DNA of 64,000 nucleotides from Vicinamibacterales bacterium (GCA_963821395.1 CAWGDY010000034.1:61963-125962); one strand, 5' to 3'. Positions 26,354 to 37,047 are shown, numbered from the stretch's first letter. The notes: generated by a model from the sequence alone, not told the origin. Program-made: numbers and translations.

Positions 26354-27163
26354 TTAGGGATTCAGAGATGTTTCTCGAAGCTCGCTTTGCGCTACGTGCG
26401 TTGCTTTTTCCCTCTTCTTTTTTCCTTCTTCCTTTCTTTCTTCTTCCTTTTTCCTTTTTCCTTTTTCCTTTTCACTTTCCACTTTCTCTCTCCTCAGCAC
26501 CGCCGCCCTTCGGATGATGTCCTCCAACATCTTGCCGGTTGTGCCGCCTTTGGCGGGACGGTTCGATGTCCAGATCGCTGGTGTATCCGACGCGAGGATC
26601 TCGTGGAAGTCGCCGCCGCTCTTGACGCTGAGCGGCGCAAACTCGGCGATGTCGACCGGGCCGGCCCAGTCGTCGCGATGCTTGATGAGCAGCCAGCTTT
26701 TTCCCTCGCCGTAGGACGGACCCTTCGTGCGCACGAGCACCCACGAGCCTTTCAGCTTGTAGCCGTCGAGCGTGAACTTGAGGTCCCCCTTCTTGAGGGC
26801 GGCGTCGATGTCGTCGCTCTCCGGCTTCCAGGTACCGCGATCCCACAACATGACGATGCCCGCGCCGTAGCCTTCGGGAATGACCCCTTCGAAGTCGCCG
26901 TATTCAATCGGATGATCCTCGACGTGCATGGCGAGCCGCTTGATCGAGGGATCGAGCGACGGACCTTTCGGCACCGCCCACGACAGCAGCACACCGTTGT
27001 GCTCGAGGCGGAAGTCGTAATGCAGATGGCTGGCGAGGTGTTTCTGGACGCAGAAGAACAGGCCGGTTTTCTTGTCGGCCGCCTTGCGGGAGGCCACGAG
27101 CGAGCCCGCGGGCTCGGGGGTTTTCTGAAAATTGCGTTTCTGCTTGTACTTGTCTAAAGGCAT
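26354..27163 (-). CDS. stand-alone DNA ligase D 3'-phosphoesterase-domain protein with K/E-rich tail
   Basis: YKQKRNFQKTPEP..FCVQKHLASHLHYDFRLE..LLSWAVPKGPS..HVEDHPIEYGDFEGVIPEGYGAG. The tail REKVESEKEKGKRKKEEERKEEGKKKREK is encoded by the polypurine tract. Confidence 0.8.
   Translation of the reverse strand: MPLDKYKQKRNFQKTPEPAGSLVASRKAADKKTGLFFCVQKHLASHLHYDFRLEHNGVLLSWAVPKGPSLDPSIKRLAMHVEDHPIEYGDFEGVIPEGYGAGIVMLWDRGTWKPESDDIDAALKKGDLKFTLDGYKLKGSWVLVRTKGPSYGEGKSWLLIKHRDDWAGPVDIAEFAPLSVKSGGDFHEILASDTPAIWTSNRPAKGGTTGKMLEDIIRRAAVLRREKVESEKEKGKRKKEEERKEEGKKKREKATHVAQSELRETSLNP
26401..26495. repeat. ~95-nt polypyrimidine (plus strand) / polypurine (minus strand) tract
   Basis: ttgctttttccctcttcttttttccttcttcctttctttcttcttcctttttcctttttcctttttccttttcactttccactttctctctcctc, with only about 3 purines. 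Confidence 0.8.
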
Positions 27164-27171
27164 TCACGGAC

Positions 27172-27323
27172 GGTTCGTCAGGTTCGTCAGGTTCGTGAAG
27201 TTCGTGAGGTTCGTTGGTTCGTCGGTTCGTCGGTTCGTGGAGTTCGTAAAGTTCTGAGGTTCGGCCAACTTGTCGAACCTGCGAACCTACGAACTCCACG
27301 AACCCAACGAACTTAACGAACCC
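27172..27323. repeat. ~150-nt periodic-arm hairpin (GGTTCGT / ACGAACC units)
   Basis: About 12 GGTTCGTn units, then cgaacctgcgaacctacgaactccacgaacccaacgaacttaacgaacc. It follows the stop of the second RRM gene. Confidence 0.75.
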
Positions 27324-27328
27324 CATTC

Positions 27329-27667
27329 CTACCACCTCGGTTCACGCCGGCCGCCGCCCCCGCCGCCGCCACCGCGATTGCCGCGCTCGAAGCCGCCGCC
27401 ACCACCCCCGCCACCCATCGGCTTCGGCCGCGCCTCGTTGACGACAAGCGGTCGACCTTCCATCTTGAACTCGTTCAGCTCCGAGATCGCACGCTGGGCC
27501 TCTTCGTCGCTGGCCATCTCGACGAAACCAAACCCGCGCGCGCGGCCCGTCGCCATGTCGCGCATGATGCGCGCGCTCTCGACGGTGCCGGCCCGGCTGA
27601 AGAGCTCGGTGAGCTCGGTCTCCCCGGTTTGATATGGAAGGTTTCCCACGTAGAGCTTGCGACCCAT
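27329..27667 (-). CDS. RRM-type RNA-binding protein, paralog 2
   Basis: MGRKLYVGNLPY..RGFGFVEM..GGGGGGGFERGNRGGGGGGGGRREPRW. AAGGAG RBS; ATG at 27667 in ORF 27329..27733. Confidence 0.85.
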   Translation of the reverse strand: MGRKLYVGNLPYQTGETELTELFSRAGTVESARIMRDMATGRARGFGFVEMASDEEAQRAISELNEFKMEGRPLVVNEARPKPMGGGGGGGGFERGNRGGGGGGGGRREPRW

Positions 27668-28020
27668 AACACTGACTCCTTGGTCCCGACTGACGGGACA
27701 CGAAAATACCCGGCGCCGGCCGGATGGCCGCACCGATCGCTTGCGAGACCCATGGTTCGGCCGTTACACAACGAGCGTTGGCGAGCTTCGCCGAATGGCA
27801 TCGCCGGGACGCGGAGAGGGGTTGTATGCGGAGTGTGAAGACTGAGTCTGGGGTAACAACTCGATCGGCACTGCGCAGAAACGGTCGGTCACGCGCACGA
27901 TACCGCCCAGTATACGCCTGCGCAGTCGTTCACGGTTCTGCGTTCTTTAAGAGGCCTTCACGATTTTCCGATAGGGGTCAGTACTAGTGGCGACGTGTAA
28001 AAAATCACTACGGTCATCAC

Positions 28021-28287
28021 CTATTCTGGTTTGTACTCGGGCGGCAGCACGTCCGTTCCACCAAAGAAGAAATCCTCCATCTGCTTGGCCATCAGCTGCT
28101 GCGCCTCTTTCTGCCACGGCATCAGCCGATATTCATTGAGGATCATCTTCATGCGGTCCTCCCACATCTTCCAGGCCTGCGCCGAGACGCTGTCGTAGAT
28201 GCGTTTGCCCAGCTCGCCTGGCCACGGCACTTCGTCGAGTGCGGGGAGGTCCTTTTGCAGTTTTGCGCAAAACACGGTACGTGCCAT
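28021..28287 (-). CDS. yggX: Fe(2+)-trafficking / oxidative-damage protection protein YggX
   Basis: MARTVFCAKLQKDLPALDEVPWPGELGKRIYDSVSAQAW..MILNEYRL. Confidence 0.85.
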   Translation of the reverse strand: MARTVFCAKLQKDLPALDEVPWPGELGKRIYDSVSAQAWKMWEDRMKMILNEYRLMPWQKEAQQLMAKQMEDFFFGGTDVLPPEYKPE

Positions 28288-28304
28288 GGGGTAATCCTAT
28301 CAGA

Positions 28305-28364
28305 GGGCTTAGGGCTGAGGGCTGAGGGCTGAGGGCTGAGGGCTCAGGGCCGAGGGCTTAGGGT
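28305..28364 (+). repeat. GGGCTGA 7-mer tandem array (about 9 units; strong G-quadruplex motif)
   Basis: gggcttagggctgagggctgagggctgagggctgagggctcagggccgagggcttaggg, between divergent yggX and gdh. Confidence 0.8.
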
Positions 28365-28367
28365 GTC

Positions 28368-28373
28368 TATAAT
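28368..28373 (+). promoter_or_regulatory. consensus -10 hexamer TATAAT 10 nt upstream of the gdh start
   Basis: gtcTATAATcgagtctatATG; no good -35 (that position lies inside the G-array). It would imply a leaderless or near-leaderless mRNA. Confidence 0.3.
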
Positions 28374-28382
28374 CGAGTCTAT

Positions 28383-29797
<1,415 letters not shown>

Positions 29798-29825
<28 letters not shown>

Positions 29826-31909
29826 CGCACCATTGGTAGATTCGCAGATTGGTAGATTGGGAGATTACGAAGAAGTTCCTTGCGCCTTTGTGTCTTTGCG
29901 TTGAGACGAAGCATTTCCAGTAACGCCACTTGCACGCGCGCGTCGTTGAAGCACGCGCCGCCGCCGAGATCGGTCAGCGAATCGGGGACGAGCGTGTTGG
30001 CGGTCGACTGATTCCAGGTGCTCTTCCGCCATAACCCCTTCGGCAGCGAGACGGTGCCTTCCCGGATCGCGTCGTCTATTTTCACCGCGCATTGCACTTC
30101 GCCCAGCTCGTTGAACATTCTGATCGGATCGTCCTGTTTCAGGCCCCGCGACGCGGCATCGGCCGGGTTCATCACGACCGCGACTCCGGGCCGTGGCAGC
30201 TCGCCGAGCGTCGAGCTGATGGTTTTGTCGCTCGCCGGCGAGATGAGCGCGAGCGGAAACCGTTCCGAAGACGGATCGTCCTGGTAGGTGTACAACCCGG
30301 TCGGCGCTTCCGCTTCGAGCGCCTCCGGGAAGAGATCGACTTTGCCGTCGAACGTCCTCGGCATGACGTCGACGAACTGAACGGGGCGCAATCCAAACGG
30401 GGGGACGGCCTGGCCCGTGTCGCCGATCTGCGTGCCGGCATCGCCCGGCAGCGCCTTGAACACCTCGAGCAGCATGTCGAGCTCGTTGTCGGTTTCACCG
30501 GATTCGAGCAGGTCCATGCGTTTCGCGAGCTCGCCGAAGACCTCGGGATTCGATCGCGACTCGCCCACGGTGTCGATGACCGGCCTCACGAGCTGCAGGC
30601 TCAGCGGCCCGTACCCTTTCGCGAAATCGTACGCTTCGAGAAATGTGGTGGCCGGCAGGATGACGTCGGCGTATGCCGCCGTGTCGGTCATCACCTGATC
30701 GAAGACGACGGTGAAGAGATCGTCGCGTGCCATGCCCTGGAGCACGCGCTGCTGATCGGGCAGGGTCGCGACCGGGTTGGCGTTGTACACGAACATCGCC
30801 TTGATGGGCGGATCGGAGGGTTCCGTCAGCGCGCGTCCGAGCTTGTTCATGTTCACGATGCGCGTGGCCGGTTCGGGGCCCAGCCAGGGCTTGGTGATAT
30901 TCCAGGCGCTGGAATTGCTCATCGAGTAACCGCCGCCGCGCACGCCGAACTTGCCGGCCACCGCCGGCAACGCCAGAATCGCCATCGCCGCATTTCCGCC
31001 GTTGCGATTGCGCTCGAGTCCCCAGCCGCAGCGCACGAGCGCAGGCGACGTGCTCGCGTAGTCCTGAGCCAGCTGGTGGATCGCGGCCTCCGGGACGCCC
31101 GATATTTCGGCCGCGCGCTCGATCGTCCATGCCGCCGCTCGACCGCGGAGACGCTCGGCGCCCCTGGTGTGCGCCGCGATGAACCCGGCGTCGGCAAGCC
31201 CTTCCTCGAACAGATAACGATGCATCGAGAGCGCGATGGCGACGTCGGTGCCCGGTCTGGGTGCGATGTGGAGATCGGCCTGACGCGCGAGCGGCGTCGC
31301 ACGCGGATCGATGACGATGAGCCGGGCGCCCTGCTTCTGCGCCTGCCGGACGTACGGCACCAGGTGAATGCCCGAGGTCGAAGGGTTGACGCCCCAGAGA
31401 ATGATGAGGCGCGCTTCAGGGTAGTCCTCGTAGGTGACGCACGGCATCTTTCCGTACATCGCCTGTGCCGCGGTGCCCGTCGGCGCCGCGCACACCGTGC
31501 GCCCCAGACGGGACGTGCCGAGGCGCCGGAACAAAATCGCGTCCAGCGTGTCCTGCGTCAGCAAGCCGTTCGAGCCGCCGTAGGAAAACGGCAGGATCGC
31601 TTCCGGGCCCCACTTCTCCCGTACCTCATTCAGACGACCGACGATCATCTCGAAGGCTTCTTCCCAGGTCACGCGAGAGAAACGGGCCTGGCCTTTCGGG
31701 CCGCTGCGCACGGCGGGATGGCGCAGCCGCGCCTCGCCGTACACGCGGTCGCCGAATTTCCTGACCTTCGCGCAAATGTATCCGCCCGTCGGCGCGTTGA
31801 GCATCGAGCCGTCGATGCTGACGAGGCGTCCCTCGCTGACGGTGACGGCGAGACTGCAGGAATCAGGACAGTCGAGAGGACAGGCGGTGTCGACGACGAC
31901 GTTTTCCAT
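29798..31909 (-). CDS. molybdopterin (bis-MGD) oxidoreductase, DMSO-reductase superfamily
   Basis: N-terminal 4Fe-4S motif [11 protein letters not shown], then molybdopterin-binding blocks throughout. The last ~45 aa (..[18 protein letters not shown]..) are read from the repeat spacer and overlap gdh by 28 nt. Confidence 0.85.
29832..29868. repeat. TAGATTG/CAGATTG array
   Basis: attggtagattcgcagattggtagattgggagattacg. Confidence 0.6.
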
Positions 31910-31936
31910 TCCGTGTCAGCATAAAGCATCCACGGC

Positions 31937-33008
31937 ATGCGGCGCGCGTTCAAAATCGGGCTCGTTCTCGTGGCGGCCGTTCTGGCGGCGACACCGCTTC
32001 CGCGCGGCCGCGTCGAAGCGGTGTATTCGCGTGGCCTGTATCCGGCGATTCAACCCTGGCTCACCTCGGTCAGCAACGTCGCGCCGTTCGCGTTGTTCGA
32101 TTGTCGTCGTCGTGTCCGTCACCGTCGGCGTCCTTCTGTTGTGGACGATCCGCCTGCGTGGATGGCGGCACCGGAACGGAAAGGTGGCCACCGTCGGCGG
32201 GCTCGCGCTCGACACGGCAGCCATCGCCGCGGCCTTGTATCTGTGGTTTCTTGCGGCCTGGGGATTGAACTATCAGCGCCAGCCGCTTCGCGAGCAGCTT
32301 GATTTCAACGAAGAGCGCGTGACCCGCGACGCGCTGTATAGCTTTGCCACGCGCAACATCGACTCGCTGAACGCGCTCTACCGCGATGCGCACGCCGCGG
32401 GATGGCCGGAGCTGGCCGACACCGGACGCGTCCTCCAGCCGGCGTTCGTGGCCGCTCAACGCGACCTGGCGATGACCTGGACGGCAGAACCGGGGCATCC
32501 CAAACGGACGCTCTTCAATTTCTATTTCACGCGCGTGGCGATCGAAGGGCTGACCGATCCGTTCTTTCTCGAGACGCTCGCCAACCAGAGCATGCTGCCG
32601 TTCGAGCGCGCGTCAACTGTCGCGCACGAGTGGAGCCATCTGGCGGGGTACGCTGACGAGTCGGAAGCGAACTTCGTGGGGTGGCTGGTGTGCATGCGCG
32701 GAAGCGCGCCGGTGCAATACAGCGGATGGCTGTCGCTCTATGGCACCGTGATGAACGCGCTGCCGCGACCCGACCGCGAGGAACTGTCACGCCGGCTCGA
32801 GCCGGGACCTCGCACCGATCTCATCGCCATCTCCGAGCGCATCCGATCGCAGATGATTCCGATCGCCAACCGCGCCGGTTACGCGGTCTACGATCGATAT
32901 CTCAAGGCAAACAGGGTGGAGGCAGGCATTCGCAGCTACGGCGACGTGGTACGCCTGCTGCTCGGGACTCGCTTCACTGAAGATGGCGTGCCTCTGCGCC
33001 GATACTGA
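31937..33008 (+). CDS. DUF3810-family membrane metalloprotease-like protein, +1 frameshift
   Basis: MRRAFKIGLVLVAAVL..EAVYSRGLYPAIQPWLTSVSNVAPFALFD, then the next frame gives IVVVVSVTVGVLLLW..STVAHEWSHLAGYADESEANF. Span is 1072 nt (3n+1), with the shift near 32095-32100. Confidence 0.75.
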
Positions 33009-33021
33009 CGCAGAGGCCTCG

Positions 33022-33180
33022 AGGTTCCAGAGTTCCTGTTCCGGTTCCTGTTCTGGTTCCGGTTCCGGTTCCGAGTTCTGGTTCCTGTTCCGGGTTCGGT
33101 TCCGGAATCGAGTTCTGGCTCCAGAACCGAACAGGAATCGGAACCAGAACTGGGAACTGGAACCGGAACCCGGAACCGGG
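33022..33180. repeat. ~160-nt periodic-arm hairpin (GGTTCC / GGAACC units) between convergent genes
   Basis: ggttccagagttcctgttccggttcctgttctggttccggttccggttccgag.. faces ..ccagaaccgaacaggaatcggaaccagaactgggaactggaaccggaacccggaaccgg. Confidence 0.75.
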
Positions 33181-33198
33181 TGCGAAGCGGTTACAGAG

Positions 33199-33456
33199 CT
33201 ATGACGGTAGTTGAACGTCGTCCAATGGAAGCACTTGTTCCATCGACGTGTCCGCGCTTGCCGCGGGTGCGGGGGCCGGAGCACGACGCGGCGCGCTGCG
33301 GCGCGGCGCCGCACGTTTCGCGCTGCGCTTGGCCGGACGCTTGGCGGAACGCTTGGCTGAACGCTTTGCGGCTTTCTTCTTGGACGCTTTCTTACTCGTG
33401 GGCTTGCGAGACTTTGACGTCTTCTTTTTTGCCATCTTGCGGCGTTTCTTGGCCAT
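33199..33456 (-). CDS. Lys/Arg/Ala-rich histone H1-like basic protein with acidic tail
   Basis: GGAGGAG lies 6 nt before the ATG. MAKKRRKMAKKKTSKSRKPTSKKASKKKAAKRSAKRSAKRPAKRSAKR.. then ..MEQVLPLDDVQLPS. Confidence 0.5.
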   Translation of the reverse strand: MAKKRRKMAKKKTSKSRKPTSKKASKKKAAKRSAKRSAKRPAKRSAKRAAPRRSAPRRAPAPAPAASADTSMEQVLPLDDVQLPS

Positions 33457-33514
33457 GCGCGCTCCTCCAGGTAAATGGGCGCGCGTATTCTAATCTGATA
33501 ATCTGGTCGCCTGC

Positions 33515-34105
33515 GTGCTGATTCTTCGTTTCTTCCTCGCATTTCTGTTCCTCGTCGCGGCTTCCCGTCCGGCAGTCGCGCAATCCGAGGAGCTCCCGAT
33601 GCCCTTCCAGAAGGGCACGGTCGAAATCACCGTGCTCGGCGGCACGTCGCTTCCCGTGTCCTGGTTCGAAGCGAACAGCGAGCACCAGTTGAGCATGGTG
33701 TCCCTGTCGATCGGCCGGGTCATGGCGGGCGGTCCTGGCCACGGCAGCCTGGAGATGATGGTGGACGTGACGCCGTTCGTGCAGGTGCGTCAGCCGGAAC
33801 CCGTCAGGGGCTGGTCGGTTTCGCCCCTGTTCGTGCGGTGGAACTTTCCGCCGATAGGGTCGAGGGTCCGGATTTTCGGCGAAGTGACCGGAAGCCTGCT
33901 GTTTACGACCGACCCCGTGCCGGCCCGCACGACGACCTTCAATTTCAGGGATGAGGCCGGTTTTGGCGTCCGCATCGCGCAGAACCACCGCCGCGCCTGG
34001 CTGGTGGGCTACCGGTTTCAGCACATTTCCAACGCGGGGCGGGTGAAGCCGAACCCGGGCGCGAATTTCAATTTCGTCTACCTCGGCCTCAGTTTTCTGC
34101 GATAG
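33515..34105 (+). CDS. acyloxyacyl hydrolase / lipid A 3-O-deacylase (PagL)-like outer-membrane protein
   Basis: Signal FLFLVAASRPAVA/QS; GYRFQHISNAG..NPGANFNFVYLGLSF (H-x-S-N catalytic pattern of PagL-like barrels). Confidence 0.7.
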   Translation: MLILRFFLAFLFLVAASRPAVAQSEELPMPFQKGTVEITVLGGTSLPVSWFEANSEHQLSMVSLSIGRVMAGGPGHGSLEMMVDVTPFVQVRQPEPVRGWSVSPLFVRWNFPPIGSRVRIFGEVTGSLLFTTDPVPARTTTFNFRDEAGFGVRIAQNHRRAWLVGYRFQHISNAGRVKPNPGANFNFVYLGLSFLR

Positions 34106-34380
34106 GCCAAAAACCGTCGGTTCCGGGCTGTCATCAGACAAATCTGTCGATTACGGTACGCCCGGCGCGACCGCCAATAGCCTTCAGGCCTCGCCGGCGA
34201 TCGACACCGTTGTGGCCTTCACCTGACACCTGCACAGGAATGTAGGACGCCACGCGCGGCCGCGGGCAGCGTCAGACCGGACTCTCGGAAAACCTCAACA
34301 AATCCAGCCATCTCGACCGGGGACCTCGTCGCGCTGCGTGGTACGGCGCTTGCTATTCCATCTGGCGTGAATAAAAGGCA

Positions 34381-34550
34381 CCCCGATCTTCCCCGTGTGA
34401 CGGCGCGGGCGCGCGCCAGAGCCGCACTAGTACTGCTACGTCGGAACCTCTTTACGCACTCATACCTTCCAGCGTAACGCTTCTCTCAGATCAGCGACCA
34501 ACGCCGCTCACACGGGGAAGATCGGGCAAGCTGCCGACGGCAGCTTGCCC
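34381..34550. other. paired inverted repeats in a 550-nt ORF-free region (candidate structured RNA)
   Basis: ccccgatcttccccgtgtga (34381-400) versus tcacacggggaagatcgggc (34508-27) match at 19/20. Directly after comes a perfect 12-bp hairpin gggcaagctgcc-gac-ggcagcttgccc (34524-50). Confidence 0.5.
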
Positions 34551-34654
34551 GACCGTTCCTTCGCGTCATCCCTCGCGACAACTTCCGCGCCAGATCGCCA
34601 AGATGCTAGGATAGGCGCTCATTTTCAACGCAGGATTCGCGAAGGAGTTGCATC

Positions 34655-35551
34655 GTGTCCAGCAAAATCGGATTCATTGGTCTCGGCATCATGGGCAGGC
34701 CCATGGTGAAAAATCTGTTGAAAGCCGGCCACCAGGTGACCGCGTACGACATCGTGCCCGCGGGGCTGGAGGACGTCGTCGCGGCCGGGGCGCAGAAGGG
34801 TTCGTCGCCGAAGGATGTGGCCAGTAAGACCGACATCGTCATCACGATGGTGCCGGATGGGCCCGAGGTGGAGCAGGCCGTCCTGGGCCCCAACGGCGTC
34901 CTCGAAGGCGTGAAGAAGGGCTCGACGGTGATCGACATGAGCTCGATCAGCCCGATGGTGGCGCAGAAGGTGGGCGCGGCCCTCGAGGCCAAGGGCGTCG
35001 ACTTTCTCGATGCGCCCGTCAGCGGCGGGGAGCCCAAGGCGATCGACGGCACGCTGGCCATCATGGTCGGGGGCAAGAAAGAGGTCTTCGACAAGATGGA
35101 GCCGATCCTGAGGACGATGGGGGCGACCGTGACGCTCACGGGCAAGGTGGGTGCGGGCAACGTGACGAAGCTGGCCAATCAGATCATGGTCGCCGTCAAC
35201 ATTGCCGCGATGAGCGAAGCCCTGGCGCTGGCGACCAAGGCGGGACTCGATCCGGAAGTCGTGTTCAATGCCGTCAAGGCCGGTCTGGCCGGCAGCACCG
35301 TGCTGAACGTGAAGGCGCCGATGGTGTACTCGCGCAACTTCAAGCCCGGCTTCCGCATCCGCCTCCATCAGAAGGACCTGCGCAACGCGCTCCTGGCGGC
35401 CGAGTCGCTGAAGGTGTCGCTGCCGCTGACCAGTACCGTGCAGAACATGCTCATCGATCTGATGAACAACGGCAAAGGCGACCTCGACCATTCGGCCATC
35501 GTGCAGGTCATCGAGCAGGCCTCGGCGGTCGAGGTGAAGAAGCCGAGTTAG
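34655..35551 (+). CDS. NAD(P)-dependent 3-hydroxyisobutyrate / tartronate-semialdehyde reductase family oxidoreductase
   Basis: GTG start; IGFIGLGIMGRPMVKNLLKAGH..DAPVSGG..AG.G...K..NQ pattern of the 6-PGDH-like beta-hydroxyacid dehydrogenases. Confidence 0.85.
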   Translation: MSSKIGFIGLGIMGRPMVKNLLKAGHQVTAYDIVPAGLEDVVAAGAQKGSSPKDVASKTDIVITMVPDGPEVEQAVLGPNGVLEGVKKGSTVIDMSSISPMVAQKVGAALEAKGVDFLDAPVSGGEPKAIDGTLAIMVGGKKEVFDKMEPILRTMGATVTLTGKVGAGNVTKLANQIMVAVNIAAMSEALALATKAGLDPEVVFNAVKAGLAGSTVLNVKAPMVYSRNFKPGFRIRLHQKDLRNALLAAESLKVSLPLTSTVQNMLIDLMNNGKGDLDHSAIVQVIEQASAVEVKKPS

Positions 35552-35643
35552 TCGCAAGGCGCAGGTCGAAAGTCGGGAGGCGCAAGGCAAGTCGGAAGGC
35601 GCAAGCGGGAATGCGGTAGCGCAGGGCTTTAGCCCTGCCAGGG
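35550..35643. repeat. GCAAGG/AGTCG array followed by a REP-like family A copy
   Basis: gtcgcaaggcgcaggtcgaaagtcgggaggcgcaaggcaagtcggaaggcgcaagcg + gcggtagcgcagggctttagccctgccaggg. Confidence 0.65.
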
Positions 35644-35658
35644 TCGACGGCTTACTGA

Positions 35659-36096
35659 TTGGAAATCACTGAATCGCTCGACGCGCTCGTGGCTGCCTTC
35701 AACCGAGGCAGCCTCGACGTGCCGGCGAATCTGTTCACACCTCGCACGACCTTCTCGCTGAACGGCCGGTCGTATGAATCCATCCTGGGCGGATCCGCTG
35801 ACGATCCGCTCATCCGCCTCCTCGCGCGCGGCGCGGCGGGGTATCGGACCGCCGCCAAGGCGCTGCAGTATGCACTGCAGCGCCCGACGGTGACGGTCGA
35901 GTCGTTGTCCGACCCCGATGCCTCAGGTTTGCGCACGGCGTCGATTCGCGTGCAGGGCGAATTGCGCCATCCGGCTGAGCCATTTGCCGGCGGTGCGACG
36001 CTTCGACTCACGTGCCACCACAACGAACTGACGTCGGTCGAGGTGATCTGCGCCGAAGATGATCTGAAGCGGATCGCCGCAAGCCGGCTGGCCTAA
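35659..36096 (+). CDS. hypothetical protein (possibly NTF2/SnoaL-like)
   Basis: 145-aa ORF with TTG start and protein-like composition; no motif I can name with confidence. Confidence 0.45.
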   Translation: MEITESLDALVAAFNRGSLDVPANLFTPRTTFSLNGRSYESILGGSADDPLIRLLARGAAGYRTAAKALQYALQRPTVTVESLSDPDASGLRTASIRVQGELRHPAEPFAGGATLRLTCHHNELTSVEVICAEDDLKRIAASRLA

Positions 36097-36171
36097 CAGC
36101 GCTCGTTGAAGTGCGTCTCGTTCCCACATGTAGGGGATAACGCTGGAAGGGGTGGGGGTGAACAGAGGGGG

Positions 36172-36462
36172 GCCGGTTCCGGTTCCGTTCGGGTTCCGGT
36201 TCGGGTTCCGGTTCGGTTCCTGTTCCCGGTTCGGTTCCTGTTCCCGGTTCGGTTCCCGTTCCCGGTTCGGTTCCCCTTCCGGGTTCGGTTCCCGTTCCGG
36301 GTTGGGTTCGCCGTTCCTGGTTCCTGGTCCGTGGTGCGGGCCCACGAACCTACGAACCGATCACGAACCCAGAACGAACTCCACGAACTCCACGAACTCC
36401 ACGAACCGACCGAACCAGAACGTTCCCGGAACCGGGATTGGAACCGGAACCGGAACCCGTCG
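36172..36462. repeat. ~290-nt composite low-complexity block: GGTTCC-type array, CGAAC-type array, GGAACC array
   Basis: 36172-36330 (cggttccggttccgttcgggttcc..), 36340-36420 (cacgaacctacgaaccgatcacgaaccc..cacgaactccacgaactccacgaacc), 36420-36460 (ggaaccgggattggaaccggaaccggaaccc). Confidence 0.75.
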
Positions 36463-36943
36463 TCAGGGTTTCATGTCAGCGATGAAACAGCCGACGGCCT
36501 GCGTTCGTGGCGGCACGATCGGCTTGCCGGCGACAAGCGCGGAAAGGGCGTTTCGCAGGTCGTGCTCGGTGGCGGCCGGCCGCTCGCGTCCAAGCTCGAC
36601 GAAGCGGTTGTCGATGCGCCCGAGATAGACGAGGCGACCGTTCTTGTCGAACACCGCCGCTTCGGGGGTGATCGTCGCGCCCGCCTGCTTGACGAGCCGA
36701 TGGTCGGGGTCGCGTTCGCCAACCGGCGGCAACCGAAAACGCGCGGATGTGCGTGTCGATCGCCGCGGGCGTATCGAGGGGATTCGGGTAGACCAGCCGG
36801 AAGCGAATGCCCTGCGGCGTGAACTGCTCGTAGAGACGGACGATCTCGGGCGCGTACCGGTTCGAGACGGGGCAGTCGGTGCTCACGAAGAGCAGCACGG
36901 TAAGGGCGAGCGCGGCGGTCATGCCGTCCCCGGCCGCTGACAC
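36463..36943 (-). CDS. thioredoxin-fold (redoxin-like) protein, +1 frameshift; N-terminus unresolved
   Basis: ..TVLLFVSTDCPVSNRYAPEIVRLYEQF..IDTHIRAFS, then the next frame gives LPPVGERDPDHRLVKQAGATITPEAAVFDKNGRLVYLGRIDN..AVGCFI. Span is 481 nt (3n+1), with an extra G near 36731-34. Confidence 0.65.
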
Positions 36944-37047
36944 GGTGTCGCGCGAAGGCGACGCCTGCGCGCGCGATCCATGCGTTTTCTCCGCAATTCC
37001 GCTACGTTTGACATGGTACGGCCGTTGCTCGAAGCAGGATCGTCAGC

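Noticed and set aside
27979-27992. AT-rich 11-mer CAGTACTAGTG shared, as reverse complement, with 34427-34438.
   Set aside because: A single 11-nt match is within chance expectation for a 64-kb window compared on both strands. There is no extended similarity around it.
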